Positions 60,803 to 64,000 of a DNA stretch of 64,000 nt are shown here, piece by piece; positions within the stretch are counted from its first letter, which is position 1; every line of letters begins with the position of its first letter. Under the pieces are notes generated by a model, which saw nothing but the letters and a program-made list of their open reading frames with translations, was not told the DNA's origin and ran no database searches. The DNA is from Longimicrobiales bacterium (GTDB lineage: Bacteria > Gemmatimonadota > Gemmatimonadetes > Longimicrobiales > Gaopeijiaceae). The DNA is taken from NCBI GenBank assembly GCA_965218295.1, contig CBDCKN010000009.1:448001-512000 (forward strand), read 5' to 3'. The translations under genes and the position numbers were made by a program.

Positions 60803-61680
60803 CGATGTCTACACGTCCATCATCGATCAACTCGACGGCCCTCTTCTAGTGCACTGGCTCGGGGAGATGTTCGCACCGCAACTGGCGGGCTACTTCCCCG
60901 ACGACAGCTTCGACGTGATTCTCGATCACGACCCGGAGAAGGTGCGCGGCTGCAAGCTCTCACTGCTCGATGATGCGCTGGAACTCCGCGTGCGTCGTCG
61001 TCTCGCCGAGCAGGGTCAGGTGGTCTTCACCGGTGACGACTTCAACTTCGCGCGCCTGATTCTGGGCGGTGACCCGAGTGCGCCGCCCGCCAGCGTGCCT
61101 ACCATCGAGGGAAGCGCCGACTTCGCCGGGGCCCCGCTGCCCACCGGTGATTTCAGCCACGCGCTTCTCGGCATTTTCGATGGAATCGCCGAGCCGGCCG
61201 GTTTGGCGCTGAGGTTGCTCGCCCACGGTGAAGTCGACCGCTACATGGACATCATGGGTCCGTGTGAAGAACTCGGGCGCCTAGTCTTCGAGGCTCCCAC
61301 GAGTCACTACAAGGCTGGCCTCGCCTTCATCAGTTGGCTCAACGGGTGGCAGGACAACACGATGCTCGTGAATCGCGAAGAGCTGGCGCGCTCGGCAGAG
61401 CACTACTGGCAGGTGGCGCGCTGCGCCGCGGCTGCAGGTGCGTTGCTCGACGCAGAGCTGGCTGCCGAACGACGACTTCGGTTGATGGCCGAGGGGAGTC
61501 GTTGACGTCGCACCGCCAACATCGATTCCGTTGGGCCATGTCTGTGACCGAGACGTTCGGAGCCTCAAGAGGAGCACGTCTGAGACGAAGCCACGCGAAG
61601 CCGTACTTGGAAGGTGCTGGGCCCCAGTGAAGCTGGTGCTCTGCGTGCTCGCTGGAGGAGTGATCGCCTTCACCACCATG

Positions 61681-63057
61681 GAGGTTGGGTCAATAGGTGT
61701 GTAAACGTATCAGGCGGCATTCTTCCGCTGTTGGGTTGAGACGGGCTTTCCGTCTTCGAACTTTCTTCCTTCAAATACGTCCTTGAGGAGGTGAGGAGCG
61801 TCGAGCCTTCGGAACCGCTTCTCAGCCACCAAGAGCAACTTCCAGATCAGCGCCGTAGCGCTCTCCACTCGCTTGAACCGCTTCGCCGCCGTCGTCCTGA
61901 GCCGTACCGCAGCGAACGGGCTCTCGACCACGTTCGTCGTGCGTAGATGCTTCCAGTGATCCTCGGGGAAGTCGTAGAAGGCCACCATCCGCTCCCAGTC
62001 GTCCTCGAGTACGTCCACCGCTTTCGGATACCACGGCCTGTAGCGTCTGGCGAACGCCTCACGGGCCCTCACCGCCTCGGCCCGGCTCGGTGCGTAGACC
62101 ACGGCCCTGAGAAGATCCTTCGCCTCGCTCTGCTCCCGCTGAGGCAGCCGGTCCAGCACGTTCCTCATCTTGTGGTTCCAGCACCGTTGCTCGCCCGCCT
62201 CAGGCCATACCTGCCGTACTGCGCCCCAGATCGCCGCGTTGCCGTCCGCCATCAAAAGCCGGGGCGCCTCGATGCCGTGTGCCTTCAGATCCCGCAACAC
62301 CTCCGACCAGGACTCGACCGACTCTCGGTAGCCCGATCTCAGGGCCAACACCTCCTTCGTCCCGTCTCGCATCGCGCCCAGCACCACCAGTAGCGCCGCC
62401 TTGTCCCGCTCGAGCCCTGCCTTCACATAGATCCCGTCCGCCCATACGTAGACGACCTCACGGCCCTCCAGGCGACGCTGGCTCCATTCCTCGAACTCCG
62501 CCGTCCATCCCGCCCGCAGTCTCCGGATCGAAGACTTCGACAGCGGTGCCCCCTCGCCTAACAGTCCCCGCATCGCCAGCTCGAAGTCTCCCTCTGCCAG
62601 TCCGTGCAGATACAGCTCCGGAAGCAGAGCGCCCAGCTCCTTCGTCCGCCTCGCGAACAACGGCAGCACCCGACTCTCGAACCGCTCCTCGACGCCCCGA
62701 ACCCGAGGGCGTCGGAGTGTGATCGTGCCCGAGCTCATCGCCAACCGCCTCAGCTTGCCATATCCGTTGCGGTAGCCCTCGGCCGAGTCCACCGTACTCC
62801 TGCGCTCTGACTTCTCCCGGCCTAACAACTCCGTGACTTCCTCCTCCATGATCTGTTGGATGAACTCCTGCGCCTTCTCCCTAACCATCCCCTCGAGCGT
62901 CTCCCACATCGGCCTGCTGGACGCACCCTGGGGTCCCGCGATATCCTCTCTCATGAGGCGACGTTCCTTTCCCCGGGCTGTCACCCGGGCTCGCTGGTTT
63001 AAATCTCAGCGCAAAGGTACGTCGCCTCTCTTTTTACACACCCTTTGATCCTAGCTC
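61681..63057 (-). mobile_element. IS256-family element type a, copy 2 (isoform, 1377 bp)
   Basis: Same TIRs as 5864-7241; 8-bp TSD CCACCATG (61673-61680, 63058-63065). Confidence 0.95.
61710..62954 (-). CDS. IS256 family transposase
   Basis: Highly similar to 5968..7212; intact frame; GGAAAGGAA precedes ATG 62954. Confidence 0.93.
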   Translation of the reverse strand: MREDIAGPQGASSRPMWETLEGMVREKAQEFIQQIMEEEVTELLGREKSERRSTVDSAEGYRNGYGKLRRLAMSSGTITLRRPRVRGVEERFESRVLPLFARRTKELGALLPELYLHGLAEGDFELAMRGLLGEGAPLSKSSIRRLRAGWTAEFEEWSQRRLEGREVVYVWADGIYVKAGLERDKAALLVVLGAMRDGTKEVLALRSGYRESVESWSEVLRDLKAHGIEAPRLLMADGNAAIWGAVRQVWPEAGEQRCWNHKMRNVLDRLPQREQSEAKDLLRAVVYAPSRAEAVRAREAFARRYRPWYPKAVDVLEDDWERMVAFYDFPEDHWKHLRTTNVVESPFAAVRLRTTAAKRFKRVESATALIWKLLLVAEKRFRRLDAPHLLKDVFEGRKFEDGKPVSTQQRKNAA

Positions 63058-63121
63058 CCACCATGACGTGATCTTGCCACCCTTGCAAGCACGTAGGAAA
63101 CATGGGACTACTGCGAGGCCG

Positions 63122-64000
63122 CTAGTTGCCCACCCGCTCCTTCAACTCCTCAAACCAGTTATCGACAAGGATCAATTGAGTGTCGAACTCTCCAACCTTC
63201 AGCATCACCAATCGCTGGTCATCCGGGCTGATATCGTATTGCGCGTGACCGTTCCCGATTAGGTAGGCGGCCAAGGGAAACAGGACTCGCTGCTGCCCCA
63301 CAGCGAACGATGGATCTCTGATGATTTCGGCAACCATTTGTTCGTCAGCGTTCGCCGTTCCCTGATAAAACAACTCTCGACCATTGTGTGCCCACACGGC
63401 CTCATCGCCTCTAGTCGTGGATATCTGCCACCTGCCCGCATCAACGTCGGGGAAGGGACGCACATACACCTGAATATCGCCGTCGTCCTGGAGCCAGGTG
63501 TGGGCTAGCCAGCGACCGTCGGGGGAAAGTGAGATCTCAAGCGCCGCTCCCTCCGTGACCAATGGAGTCGCTACGCTGTCCACCCCGGGGCGTATCGCGT
63601 AGATGTCGGAGTTGGTGGTCAAGCCGTCTGATTCCACAAAGATCAGCCAGGTGCCGTCGGGCGAGTAGACGAATTCCTGGATAGGCCGCTCCCTGTCCAG
63701 CACGAGCTCGGCCAGGCCGCTCCCATCCGCTTTCTTTCTCCACAAATCCCCTTGTCCCGCACGATTCGACACGAATGTGACGAATTCCCCGTCCCGCGAC
63801 CACAGAGCCCTGAGGTTCTCCGTTCCCTCGAACGTGAGGCGGAACAAAGGGCCGGTGTCCAGCTGCTTGACCCACAGGTCTGTGGTCCCGTCTGAGTCCG
63901 TAATCGACGTGACGAGCCGGGTGCCGTCGGGGGAAAGCGCAAGACTGGAAAGGTCAAAGTTCCGGGAAACTCCGTTCCGCCGCCCCGGACCACTCCAGGT
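63122..64000 (-). CDS. TolB/PD40 beta-propeller C-terminus, probably of a Ser/Thr kinase-TolB protein (partial, runs off the window)
   Basis: Repeated SPDG/WSRDG motifs; YVRPFP..GRWQIS; WAHNGRELFY; terminal ILVDNWFEELK. Confidence 0.85.
   Translation of the reverse strand, partial: TWSGPGRRNGVSRNFDLSSLALSPDGTRLVTSITDSDGTTDLWVKQLDTGPLFRLTFEGTENLRALWSRDGEFVTFVSNRAGQGDLWRKKADGSGLAELVLDRERPIQEFVYSPDGTWLIFVESDGLTTNSDIYAIRPGVDSVATPLVTEGAALEISLSPDGRWLAHTWLQDDGDIQVYVRPFPDVDAGRWQISTTRGDEAVWAHNGRELFYQGTANADEQMVAEIIRDPSFAVGQQRVLFPLAAYLIGNGHAQYDISPDDQRLVMLKVGEFDTQLILVDNWFEELKERVGN

Larger units (their letters stand above)
57039..61505 (+). pseudogene. DUF993 (DHDPS-like TIM barrel) protein interrupted by nested IS
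   Basis: AYAA..V, IDWQSTM..R.HL...GFGIAEAMDTAQR; after the IS, HWLGEMF.P.LAGY, FTGDDFNF, SHALLGIFD, YKAG..F..WLNG.Q. Confidence 0.82.

Noticed and set aside
1..64000. CRISPR array or cas genes
   Set aside because: No regularly spaced 25-45 bp repeats with unique spacers; all long repeats are IS copies or the irregular R1-R4 family.

Overview
High-GC window, probably from Gemmatimonadota (inferred from the PadR/ADOP-type permease and Ser/Thr kinase-TolB gene families), from a strongly eroded accessory region. About 14.4 kb (~23%) is insertion sequence: two copies of one IS256-family element, three copies of a second IS256-family element, and five copies of an atypical IS3-family element. There are also two TA-flanked MITE-like elements, a four-copy family of structured intergenic repeats, and many frameshifted, truncated or interrupted genes. 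From left to right: (1) a candidate defence cassette next to tRNA-Ala(UGC), made of an amino-DNA methyltransferase convergent with an 839-aa GHKL/MORC-like ATPase and a small putative DNA-binding protein; (2) mixed housekeeping/accessory genes, including an ArsR-rhodanese/MBL/MFS operon and a PlsC + Tam41-like + CDP-alcohol phosphatidyltransferase operon; (3) an IS/repeat-rich mosaic with CocE and a minimal GIY-YIG protein; (4) the most striking locus, a merA-less mer module (merR-merB-merT-merP-like-Trx-like, with two MerR operators) followed by redox genes. Three genes there carry an in-frame TGA exactly at a catalytic or metal-binding Cys position (GMT-U-DGC, D-U-GSC, W-U-AGC), each followed by a hairpin, so they are probable selenoproteins that the ORF track splits; (5) a decayed sugar-catabolism-type operon hit three times by the same IS256. 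Some frameshifts may be long-read errors; the sequence alone cannot settle this.
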